DNA of 55,644 nucleotides from Candidatus Delongbacteria bacterium (lineage in GTDB: Bacteria; UBA4055), in NCBI GenBank assembly GCA_016937995.1, contig JAFGVM010000043.1, positions 1 to 55,644 on the forward strand, written 5' to 3'. Shown one piece after another: positions 10,977 to 19,358 of the stretch. The translations under genes were made by a program, and so were the position numbers. The notes beneath the pieces are model-generated. The model was given only the letters and a program-made list of their open reading frames with translations. It was not told the DNA's origin and searched no databases. Every line of letters starts with the position of its first letter. The first letter of the stretch is position 1.

Positions 10977-11912
10977 TTATTTGTTCTTAACATACCATTG
11001 AATTGCTTTTTTTAAACCTGATCTAAATTCTGTTTTTTTAAAATCAGGAAGCAATCCTTTTAATTTGTCTCCGTTTAAAACTTTTCTCATAACTCCATCA
11101 GGCTTTGTAGAATCCCAGTGGATCAAATTCTTATCTAACCCAACTAAATCTGCTATAATGTTTGAAAGTTCATAAATAGATACCTCTTCACCTTTAACAT
11201 TAATAGGTTCAAGGTCATGATCGAATTCAATGCTTTTAACTATCACAAAGGCTGCATCTTTAACATATAGGAATTCTCTGACAGGTTTACCTGTTCCCCA
11301 TGCTATTACTTCTGAATTATTTTCTTTTGCATTCACAATCTTTTTTATCAGAGCAGCTATCACATGACTTTTATGATCCTCGTAATGATCGTTCTCACCA
11401 TATAGATTGGTCAAAAGTATTTGATTAGATTCAATTCCATACTGCTTGTAAATAGCCTTATTGTAAACCAAATGAAGTCTTTTAGTAAAACCGTATGCTT
11501 CAACAGAATCATGGCATCTTCCATTGAAAATATCTTTTTCGAATAATTCATCTAAAATTTGTCCGGGATACGCACAAGCACTGCCTACTGAAATGATTTT
11601 TCCAACCTTTTGATCAATTGCGATCTTAAAAATATTTTGTGCCATTTGAGTATTATTGTACAATAATCCTACAGGATCGTCCTGATTCAATCCGATACCA
11701 CCGTAATATGCAGCAGAATGAATAATACAATCAATTTTTATACCTTTACCTTTAAGCTTATTAAAATATTCTTTGATCCCCATACCTGTGATAATATCAA
11801 CTTCTGAACTTCTTGGACAGAATACATTATATCCAATTTCTAAAGCCTGGGTCACGATCTGTCTTCCTAAAAACCCTGAACCGCCTGATATAAATATGTT
11901 TTTATATTTCAT
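10977..11912 (-). CDS. GDP-L-fucose-synthase-like NAD(P)-dependent epimerase/reductase
   Basis: GGSGFLG, AAYYGGI, GSACAYP, YGFTK (YxxxK), NLYG...SHVIAALI, WGTGKPVREFLYV. Confidence 0.85.
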   Translation of the reverse strand: MKYKNIFISGGSGFLGRQIVTQALEIGYNVFCPRSSEVDIITGMGIKEYFNKLKGKGIKIDCIIHSAAYYGGIGLNQDDPVGLLYNNTQMAQNIFKIAIDQKVGKIISVGSACAYPGQILDELFEKDIFNGRCHDSVEAYGFTKRLHLVYNKAIYKQYGIESNQILLTNLYGENDHYEDHKSHVIAALIKKIVNAKENNSEVIAWGTGKPVREFLYVKDAAFVIVKSIEFDHDLEPINVKGEEVSIYELSNIIADLVGLDKNLIHWDSTKPDGVMRKVLNGDKLKGLLPDFKKTEFRSGLKKAIQWYVKNK

Positions 11913-11927
11913 AATTTCCTAAAACAA

Positions 11928-11955
11928 ATAAGAGCTTTGTGAACAAAGCTCTTAT
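11928..11955 (-). terminator. Perfect 13-bp inverted repeat between the two epimerase genes; terminator or stabilising hairpin
   Basis: ATAAGAGCTTTGT-GA-ACAAAGCTCTTAT, followed on the minus strand by TTGTTTT. Confidence 0.6.
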
Positions 11956-11976
11956 ATAAATATTTCACTGGTCGTA

Positions 11977-12999
11977 TTACTTCTTGCTGGCCTCGTATTG
12001 CTCCTTTATCCAGTGATAAGTCTTTATCATACCATCTTTTAATTTGTAATTTGGTGCCCATCCAAGTTTTTCTTTGATCAGATTATTATCTGAATTTCTT
12101 CCTCTAACTCCTAGCGGTCCCGGAATATGTTTAACTGAAATTTTCTTACTTGATTCTTCAACAACAATTTGTAGAAGCTGGTTGATGGTTACCATTTCAT
12201 CAGATCCAATATTCACCGGTCCTGAAAAATCTGAGTTCATCAGTCGTCTGACGCCTTCTACACACTCATCTATGTAAAGGAATGATCTTGTTTGCTTTCC
12301 GTCTCCCCACATTTCTATCTCACCGCCATCTTCTACTTCACAAACTTTTCTACACATTGCTGCCGGGGCTTTTTCTCTACCCCCGGTCCATGTACCCTCA
12401 ATACCAAAAATATTGTGGAATCTTGCTACTTTCACATTAAGTCCGTGATTTCTTGCAAATGCTAAAAATAATCTTTCACTGAATAGCTTTTCCCATCCGT
12501 ACTCACTGTCAGGTGCTGCAGGATAAGCTGAATCTTCAGTACAGTTCGGATTATCAGGATCCATTTGATTATGTTCAGGGTACATACATGCTGATGAAGA
12601 ATAAAATAATTTTTGCACTTTGTGTCTAACAGCCCACTCAGCAACATTTAAATTTATTAATGCTGAATTATGCATTATTTCAGAGTCGTTATCACCGGAG
12701 AAAACAAATCCGGCACCACCCATATCAGCTGCGAGCTGATACACTTCATCAAATCCGGGTTTATCAGTTTTTAAGCCAAAACTACCTTCGAATGTTATAT
12801 TTTGAAATGGAGAGAACATTACTTCATCTACAACAGCATTTTGTCTAAGATCACCTATGATAAATTCATCTGCTTCTGTTTCACCGAATTCAGGATGTTT
12901 AAGATCAACACCTCTTACATAGAAACCTTCGCTTTTTAATCTTTTTACCAGATGGCTACCTATAAATCCACCTGCTCCTAATACCAATGCTGACTTCAT
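11977..12999 (-). CDS. GDP-mannose 3,5-epimerase-like NAD-dependent epimerase
   Basis: GAGGFIG, LAADMGGAGF, SSSACMYPE, YGWEKLFSE, RFHNIFG, GGREKAPAAMCRK, GPLGVRGRNSDN, all GME-family motifs. Confidence 0.9.
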   Translation of the reverse strand: MKSALVLGAGGFIGSHLVKRLKSEGFYVRGVDLKHPEFGETEADEFIIGDLRQNAVVDEVMFSPFQNITFEGSFGLKTDKPGFDEVYQLAADMGGAGFVFSGDNDSEIMHNSALINLNVAEWAVRHKVQKLFYSSSACMYPEHNQMDPDNPNCTEDSAYPAAPDSEYGWEKLFSERLFLAFARNHGLNVKVARFHNIFGIEGTWTGGREKAPAAMCRKVCEVEDGGEIEMWGDGKQTRSFLYIDECVEGVRRLMNSDFSGPVNIGSDEMVTINQLLQIVVEESSKKISVKHIPGPLGVRGRNSDNNLIKEKLGWAPNYKLKDGMIKTYHWIKEQYEASKK

Positions 13000-13085
13000 T
13001 TCTCTCTCCTTGTATTACAAATTTATAATTTACATTTCATTTATACTTTAACTGTAACCTTTAGTTCTATATATTTTAGCTTTAA

Positions 13086-13114
13086 AATATAACTGAAGAA
13101 TTTAAAATAGTCAA
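13086..13114 (-). promoter_or_regulatory. sigma70-type promoter upstream of the GME-like gene
   Basis: Minus strand TTGACT-N17-TATATT. Confidence 0.65.
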
Positions 13115-13158
13115 ATTCAATTGAAAGATATACTTAAAAATCATTCTCGCTGAATTTT

Positions 13159-14148
13159 TTATAAATTTTCCCTATAAAAATCATTCAGTAATACAAAGTG
13201 ATCTTTAATAAATTTTGGAGAGTCATTTAATATGTTTATGAGAAGTTCATCTTTTTCGCTCAACTCCTTATAGATATTATAATAATTTGCGTAAAAATCT
13301 AGTAACAATGTTTGTTTATACATCTCCAAATAAGCTTTGTCTCTAAATATACCTAAATGAATTCCATGATGAGGTCTAAATCCAATTTGGTTAGATCTTC
13401 TGTAATCAAGTAAATGAGGGCCGTAATCTTCTACTATTGTGGGTAAACCCATGCCGCTTTCATTTATCATGTCATAAAGAAAACATTCATTACTGAAACC
13501 CTCAGGATGATGTGTAAAGGATTTATCGGAAAAGACATATCCTTTATATCTCTCTATAACTTCATTTAATCCCTTGTAATACTCTTTTGTTTTAACAAAG
13601 TGTAATCCACTGAGTTTAAATGATTCTATCGAAGGTTTTATTCCTAATTTAAAAGCTTCTGAAAGTTTTAAACTTTTAAATCTTTGCTTAATGTTATTTC
13701 TATTCCAGGGCGAAAAATCCCTTTTTCGGATTAAGTTCGAATATGGAAGTCCAAGAATTTCACAATGTTTGATATGCTGTTCAAGCAAACCTGGTTCCTC
13801 ATTCACATAGAACATATCAATATCAATAAAATAGCAATAGTCGAAATTTAGTATCTCCTCATGATCCATAATCCATCTTATTGATTTCCCCTTTTGAATG
13901 TTCTTTATTTTGTAATCACCATAATAATTTTCAATTATTACAAAATTACCCAATTCAGATCTTAAATTATCCAACAATTTTTTAGTACCTGTATTAATTT
14001 CCTCGTGTACAAAGATCACAGGATGATAGTCTGGATATGCTTTCAATAAGGAATAAATTAACAATGGAATATAATATTGATATTTTTCTCCGAAAACATA
14101 AGTTGTTAAACAAATTGATTTGTTCATAGACCCTTCTTTATCTCTCAT
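13159..14148 (-). CDS. Hypothetical protein, possible GT-A-fold glycosyltransferase (start may be the Met at 14127)
   Basis: 329-aa ORF in the polysaccharide operon; hydrophobic strand followed by DID (YFIDIDMF, DxD-like). Confidence 0.5.
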   Translation of the reverse strand: MRDKEGSMNKSICLTTYVFGEKYQYYIPLLIYSLLKAYPDYHPVIFVHEEINTGTKKLLDNLRSELGNFVIIENYYGDYKIKNIQKGKSIRWIMDHEEILNFDYCYFIDIDMFYVNEEPGLLEQHIKHCEILGLPYSNLIRKRDFSPWNRNNIKQRFKSLKLSEAFKLGIKPSIESFKLSGLHFVKTKEYYKGLNEVIERYKGYVFSDKSFTHHPEGFSNECFLYDMINESGMGLPTIVEDYGPHLLDYRRSNQIGFRPHHGIHLGIFRDKAYLEMYKQTLLLDFYANYYNIYKELSEKDELLINILNDSPKFIKDHFVLLNDFYRENL

Positions 14149-15091
14149 TTAGTTTCTTTTTTAATTCATCAACAATAAACTCTGTAAATTTTCTTGCTCC
14201 TTTTAAATTGAAATGTGCATAATCAACATAAAGTGAGTCATCCCAAAGCCCTTTTTCGTATGAGTTTATGAAAAAAGAGTTCTTCTTTTTTACTATTGAA
14301 GATATTTTTCTAATTTTTCTATCTATACTTAACTGCTTTGTACTGTCAATAAGACTTGATCTTTGTGGGGATATAACCAAAACAAAACGTATATTATTTT
14401 TACTTAAGAGTTCTATCATACTTTCCAGATTTTTCAACTCTCTATCTGAAATATCAAACTCGGTCACATCTTTTTTCCACCTAAGTTTATTAATATGATT
14501 TTTGTCTATATCCAGTAAAGCACCACCATTTTCATCAAAATCTAAGGTTTGGTATGTATTAATCCTTTTTTTTCTCTCATTATTTAATTGATAGTTATCT
14601 TTGTAATACTTCAAATTGAACCATGCAAAATAATTGAAAATTCCTAAATTATTATTCAGAAATCGATCAATTGAAGTATAATCTACCGTTATATTTTGCA
14701 GTTTATCTGAAATATCCATGAAATTTGCAGAAATTATAATTAATCTGAGATCAGGAAAATACTTGAGCATATTACTTATGTATTCTTTACCATCACTGAT
14801 CTTAAATCCCCAGGATGCAAGATTTAAATATTTTGTTTTTCCAAAATACTCTGACATTACTTTAGAATCAACGTTATTCAAAGACATTGACGATCCAATG
14901 ACAACAGTCTGTATTTCTAATAGATCCTTTTCTTTTAAAAATTCTATCTTTTCATTGAAAGAAATACTGTTCGAAAAGTAAGGAGCAGGAAGATCATTAC
15001 CGCCTTTAATATAAAAATAGTATAGCAATGATGAAATCAAGCATATTACGAAGAAGCAATAAAATATTATTTTGTAGATAAATTTTTTCAT
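14138..15091 (-). CDS. Membrane-anchored SGNH-like protein, partner of the adjacent MBOAT (DltD/DUF1574-like)
   Basis: N-terminal TM helix, IGSSM block I, YVDYAHFN (DxxH). Start moved from 15136 to ATG 15091, just after the MBOAT stop. Confidence 0.7.
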   Translation of the reverse strand: MKKFIYKIIFYCFFVICLISSLLYYFYIKGGNDLPAPYFSNSISFNEKIEFLKEKDLLEIQTVVIGSSMSLNNVDSKVMSEYFGKTKYLNLASWGFKISDGKEYISNMLKYFPDLRLIIISANFMDISDKLQNITVDYTSIDRFLNNNLGIFNYFAWFNLKYYKDNYQLNNERKKRINTYQTLDFDENGGALLDIDKNHINKLRWKKDVTEFDISDRELKNLESMIELLSKNNIRFVLVISPQRSSLIDSTKQLSIDRKIRKISSIVKKKNSFFINSYEKGLWDDSLYVDYAHFNLKGARKFTEFIVDELKKKLNER

Positions 15092-15095
15092 ATTT

Positions 15096-16544
15096 TTAAA
15101 AACCTGCATAAATAAATGTTTGAGAATTACCTGCAAAATAAATTATTGTCATTGTAATAATTAAATATGAAAACCATCTAAAGTAAATATTTTTATTTCC
15201 AATATCCAATACATGATTTTTATTCTTTTGTAAAAACTCTAATAATAGAATAATAAGGATCAAAATCAATGGTATTGCTGTTATCTGAAATGAATTCCAG
15301 GATTGTAAGTTAAAAATATTGAATAAGATCGAATTCGCAGTTTTTAAAGAGTCAGATCTAAAAAATATCCAAACAAAATTTACAATAAAAAATGTTAAAA
15401 CACCTTCAAAGAGGACCAATACATTATTTTTATATTTTATTCCCAATTGCTTCAGTAATTTTTTTTTCTTCTTCCGGAGAGTTTTATTCAATATTAAAAG
15501 AAATGCATGTATCATACCCCATACTATAAATGTCCAGTTAGAACCATGCCATAATCCGGTTAAAGTCCATGTAATGATTATACCGATTGAATATATCATG
15601 AGGTCAGTATTGAAAACCGAGTCTTGTTTTACTTTTCTTGAAACTATAAAACTTATCGGGAGAAAAATATAATCTCTGAACCATCTTGTGAGGGAGATAT
15701 GCCATCTTTTCCAGAAATCGGCAATCGTTCTTGATAAATAAGGATATTCGAAATTTCTCTCAACAGGTATTCCCAACATTTTAGAAATACCTATAGCCAT
15801 GTTTGAATAACCGTTAAAATCAAAATATAATTGGAATGAAAAATATATTGTACCGAGTAAAACAGAATTACCGTTCATTGAACTGTAATCATTAAAAGTC
15901 CTTCCAACATGTTTTGCAAGGGAATCAGCGATCACTACTTTGGAAAACAAACCCCATAAAAATTGTCTTAATCCATCAACGACCAATGAATAATTGAATT
16001 CAATTTTATCATTTAACTGCTTTAATAAGTATCTTGGCCTATGTATTGGACCGGACATGATAATGGGAAAATAAGACAATGATACAGAATGCCTGATGAA
16101 GTTTTTTTCAAATTGGACTTGTTTTTTATAAACATCAATTATGTAGCTTAATGACAGGAATGTGTAAAAACTTATTCCTACAGGGAGAAATAATTTTAAT
16201 GTGATCAAGTTGAATTGAACTCCAAAAATATTCCCTGTATCGTTAATGCTATCAACAAAAAAGTTATAATATTTGAATATAAATAACGGTATCAGATTAA
16301 AAAATATAGCAACCCAGAATACAAGCCTTCTGTTCACATTTTTGCCTGATAAGTATTTAATAAAAAAGTAGTTTACTGCTACGACTAAAACAAGCAACAA
16401 AAAAGATCTTAGATCCCACAATGAATACAAAAGTAAATTTACAGTCAATAATAAGACATTACGTAGCTGAGCTTTTTTAATATTCCAGTAAATGAGAAAG
16501 AATACTGAAAAAAATAATAGGAACTGTATTGAGTTAAAAAGCAT
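15096..16544 (-). CDS. MBOAT family O-acyltransferase (AlgI/DltB-like)
   Basis: LPVGISFYTF, SGPIHR, DFNGYSNMAIG, FWKRWHISL, GLWHGSNWTF. Confidence 0.93.
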   Translation of the reverse strand: MLFNSIQFLLFFSVFFLIYWNIKKAQLRNVLLLTVNLLLYSLWDLRSFLLLVLVVAVNYFFIKYLSGKNVNRRLVFWVAIFFNLIPLFIFKYYNFFVDSINDTGNIFGVQFNLITLKLFLPVGISFYTFLSLSYIIDVYKKQVQFEKNFIRHSVSLSYFPIIMSGPIHRPRYLLKQLNDKIEFNYSLVVDGLRQFLWGLFSKVVIADSLAKHVGRTFNDYSSMNGNSVLLGTIYFSFQLYFDFNGYSNMAIGISKMLGIPVERNFEYPYLSRTIADFWKRWHISLTRWFRDYIFLPISFIVSRKVKQDSVFNTDLMIYSIGIIITWTLTGLWHGSNWTFIVWGMIHAFLLILNKTLRKKKKKLLKQLGIKYKNNVLVLFEGVLTFFIVNFVWIFFRSDSLKTANSILFNIFNLQSWNSFQITAIPLILILIILLLEFLQKNKNHVLDIGNKNIYFRWFSYLIITMTIIYFAGNSQTFIYAGF

Positions 16545-16577
16545 AATCCTTATACCTGATATATCTGATTATGTTTG

Positions 16578-16606
16578 AATATATACCCGTATTTACAAAT
16601 TATCAA
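16578..16606 (-). promoter_or_regulatory. sigma70-type promoter upstream of the MBOAT gene
   Basis: Minus strand TTGATA-N17-TATATT. Confidence 0.55.
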
Positions 16607-16626
16607 GAAATGATAAAGCAATTTTT

Positions 16627-17946
16627 TTACTTCAATGAATTTTCTGAAGTAACTCTATAAAAATATTTTTTGCTTAATGATATGTCATGATCGATATAGT
16701 TGGGTGTTAAACTTGTTCCTATTTTAATAAAATCACCAAAGGGATTTATAGATCTGTATATTCTGAACAATTCAGCTCCTTCTACATTATCCCAATTAAG
16801 ATCTACTTGAGATTCCTGGAATGATATTTCTAATCCTGCAGGCCTGGTTTTTATCAACTGAATATTATATTTGATCCACCCGTAAATAGTAAAAGCGATC
16901 TGTCGGTATCCGGAAATTACAGGATGTAAAGGATCCGTTTCTCCAAAACCTGAGAAAGTATCAATATTAACATTTATTGGTATTATTGAAATGTTTGAAT
17001 TATTCCTTGTTTTGAAATAGTCAATGTACCTTTGGCAAAGTCTGTGATGACATTTCTTTCTTTCAAAATAATCAAGTTGAGTAGTATCCGTATAAGTATA
17101 TTCTCTCACATTGACCGGAGGAGTTAATGCAATACCTATTTGCGAGTTAGGGAAAACAGCACATATTGAATCTATCAGTTTACCGGATGTGGAATCATTT
17201 AATATCTTATAGTCTATCCAGTTATCAATTGTTTCAACAGTTGTAGGATCTGCGTAAGCTAAATCATTAATACCTAGAAATATGATAATTATATCAGGTG
17301 TTTCTTTATCTAAGCTTTCATAAAAATATCTACTAATATCAAGTCCTTCCTCTTCTTCAAAAATAAATGGACTGGATAAATTATTTGCAAACCAATCCCA
17401 TGTTTTACCCCAGTAACCTTCATGAAATAATTCATTATCAATACCGTAATACGGATAACCTACATTATAGTTAGTTCCCATGAATTTTATCGGATTATTC
17501 GTACTACTATTGTAAATGTCTTTCAAGTGTTTAAGGTAAACTCCTGCATTAGTATAGCTATCACCGATTACAAGTACTTTTAAGGTGTCATTAGGATCTA
17601 TCGTGTGATCAGACACAAAAACCATACTACTGTCACACTCTGTTATTTGACCTAAAGAATCTTTTATATGAATCTCAATCTCATAAGATCCCTCATTTAG
17701 AGAATCCAGATTATACCTTATTGAATCTCTGTATCCTACATTACAACTAACTTCAAATGAGTATTTGTCGGGTAAAATTCCTGAAATTAAATTGTTAAAG
17801 TAAATTGAAAATTGTATGTCAGAAGATAAATAAATTTCATCAGGTAAGCTTAAATATAAACTATCCTGAGTATAAAGAAAAATTTTCAGTAACAAAATTA
17901 ATAATAAGGTTAATAGTCTGTATTCTTTATTCTTCAAAATTTTCAC
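16627..17946 (-). CDS. Secreted SGNH/GDSL hydrolase (esterase) with a C-terminal ~70-aa beta domain
   Basis: IGDSYT (block I), HEGYWG, LGIND (block III), DPLHP (DxxH). Signal-peptide-like N-terminus. Likely start GTG 17946 or TTG 17937; the ORF-track start at 18003 lies inside wzx. Confidence 0.82.
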   Translation of the reverse strand: MKILKNKEYRLLTLLLILLLKIFLYTQDSLYLSLPDEIYLSSDIQFSIYFNNLISGILPDKYSFEVSCNVGYRDSIRYNLDSLNEGSYEIEIHIKDSLGQITECDSSMVFVSDHTIDPNDTLKVLVIGDSYTNAGVYLKHLKDIYNSSTNNPIKFMGTNYNVGYPYYGIDNELFHEGYWGKTWDWFANNLSSPFIFEEEEGLDISRYFYESLDKETPDIIIIFLGINDLAYADPTTVETIDNWIDYKILNDSTSGKLIDSICAVFPNSQIGIALTPPVNVREYTYTDTTQLDYFERKKCHHRLCQRYIDYFKTRNNSNISIIPINVNIDTFSGFGETDPLHPVISGYRQIAFTIYGWIKYNIQLIKTRPAGLEISFQESQVDLNWDNVEGAELFRIYRSINPFGDFIKIGTSLTPNYIDHDISLSKKYFYRVTSENSLK

Positions 17947-19207
17947 TTTTAATTTTATTGATATATATTCTGTAGTAAGTGTACAGAGATAAAGTAAATA
18001 CAAAACCTGAAAATAATTGAGTTAATGCTGCGCCGTAAGCACCCAAGATTGGAATAAGAAACACAAAACCAAGTAAGTTTGCTATTCCAACATACATTGC
18101 TCCATTCCTCAATATCTTTCCTTGCCCGTGAGCTCCTAAAAATCTGTTATAATAATTCCCGAAACCATGGAATATCTGCCCTAAAGCAACAATATATATC
18201 AAAGGTACTGCTTCAATGTATTTTTCTGAATACAGAATTAGCACCATTGATTTAGCAAATAAAATATATCCCACCAAAGATAATACGGACATTCCGATTG
18301 TTGCCCTTGTAGCTTTTAATGGAATACTTTTTCTACTGGCAAATTCTTTAAACATTGTTGTTCCAACTATATTTGGGATCATTATTAAGGGAATTGTGAC
18401 AACATTGGCTAATGAATAGTATCCAACATCAATATTAGTATCAGAAAAATAACTTAAAATAATAGGTCCAAAATGGGTTGATGCTACTCCTATCAAAGAC
18501 CCCGCATAAACATGAAGACCATAAGTTTTATTTTCATTAAGAATAATTTTTACATTCTCTTTAATCTTAATAAATTTTGGCTTCATCTGTATTGAAAGTA
18601 GTATCACAATTACTGAAAAAGTTATTAATTCAGCAGAAGTAGCTGATACAACACTCAAATAATCAAACTTATTAAGCATAAGCAGAGATAAAACATATAA
18701 GACAGGTGGAACCTGACGGAATATTGCCAGCTGATAAATTTTATTATCACCTTGAAATAGATATTCAAAACTCATTTTAAACGGTATTATAAACATCAGT
18801 GGTGCTAGCAGAATAAATACATGTTTAAGATCTTTTGGAAAAAAATAGCTTTGGAAATAAGCAAAAATAATTATTGACAGCAAGAACAATATCCCAAGCA
18901 CACTCGTAATTATAATAGAACTTCCTATCAATTCTTTTCTGATTTTTTGATTTGATTTATCTGCAAGTAATCTTCCTGCAGAAACAGAGAGTCCAAAACT
19001 AATTATTAAAGAAAAAAAAGAATAAACACTGTGTATAAATTTATAATCCCCGTAATTCTCTGGTCCTAAAAATCTTGTTGTAATAACACTGGTAAACAAA
19101 CCAATGAATATTCCAATAATAGTCGATGAGTATAAGACACTTATTTGTTTTATTTTTTTCTTCTTAAATAGATTTGTAATAAAAGTTTTTATTTTAATTC
19201 TTTTCAC
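17927..19207 (-). CDS. wzx: Polysaccharide flippase
   Basis: Multi-TM protein; TRFLGPENYG, VGYYSLA, LIPILGAYGAA, typical of Wzx. Confidence 0.88.
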   Translation of the reverse strand: MKRIKIKTFITNLFKKKKIKQISVLYSSTIIGIFIGLFTSVITTRFLGPENYGDYKFIHSVYSFFSLIISFGLSVSAGRLLADKSNQKIRKELIGSSIIITSVLGILFLLSIIIFAYFQSYFFPKDLKHVFILLAPLMFIIPFKMSFEYLFQGDNKIYQLAIFRQVPPVLYVLSLLMLNKFDYLSVVSATSAELITFSVIVILLSIQMKPKFIKIKENVKIILNENKTYGLHVYAGSLIGVASTHFGPIILSYFSDTNIDVGYYSLANVVTIPLIMIPNIVGTTMFKEFASRKSIPLKATRATIGMSVLSLVGYILFAKSMVLILYSEKYIEAVPLIYIVALGQIFHGFGNYYNRFLGAHGQGKILRNGAMYVGIANLLGFVFLIPILGAYGAALTQLFSGFVFTLSLYTYYRIYINKIKSENFEE

Positions 19208-19236
19208 CTTAGGTTGATTTCATCATTCAGGTTAAA

Positions 19237-19265
19237 AATATACTTGGTTTTTAAGAAGTTGTCAA
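19237..19265 (-). promoter_or_regulatory. sigma70-type promoter for the wzx unit
   Basis: Minus strand TTGACA-N17-TATATT. Confidence 0.7.
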
Positions 19266-19300
19266 GATAGATAAAGGAACCTGAAACAAACATTTTTTTA

Positions 19301-19329
19301 TTGACTAAACTGCTTAAGGTCCATATAAT
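19301..19329 (+). promoter_or_regulatory. sigma70-type promoter for the 866-aa secreted protein
   Basis: TTGACT-N17-TATAAT; AGGAG RBS before GTG at 19359. Confidence 0.75.
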
Positions 19330-19358
19330 TGTAATTTAAAGTAACAGGAGTAATACCA

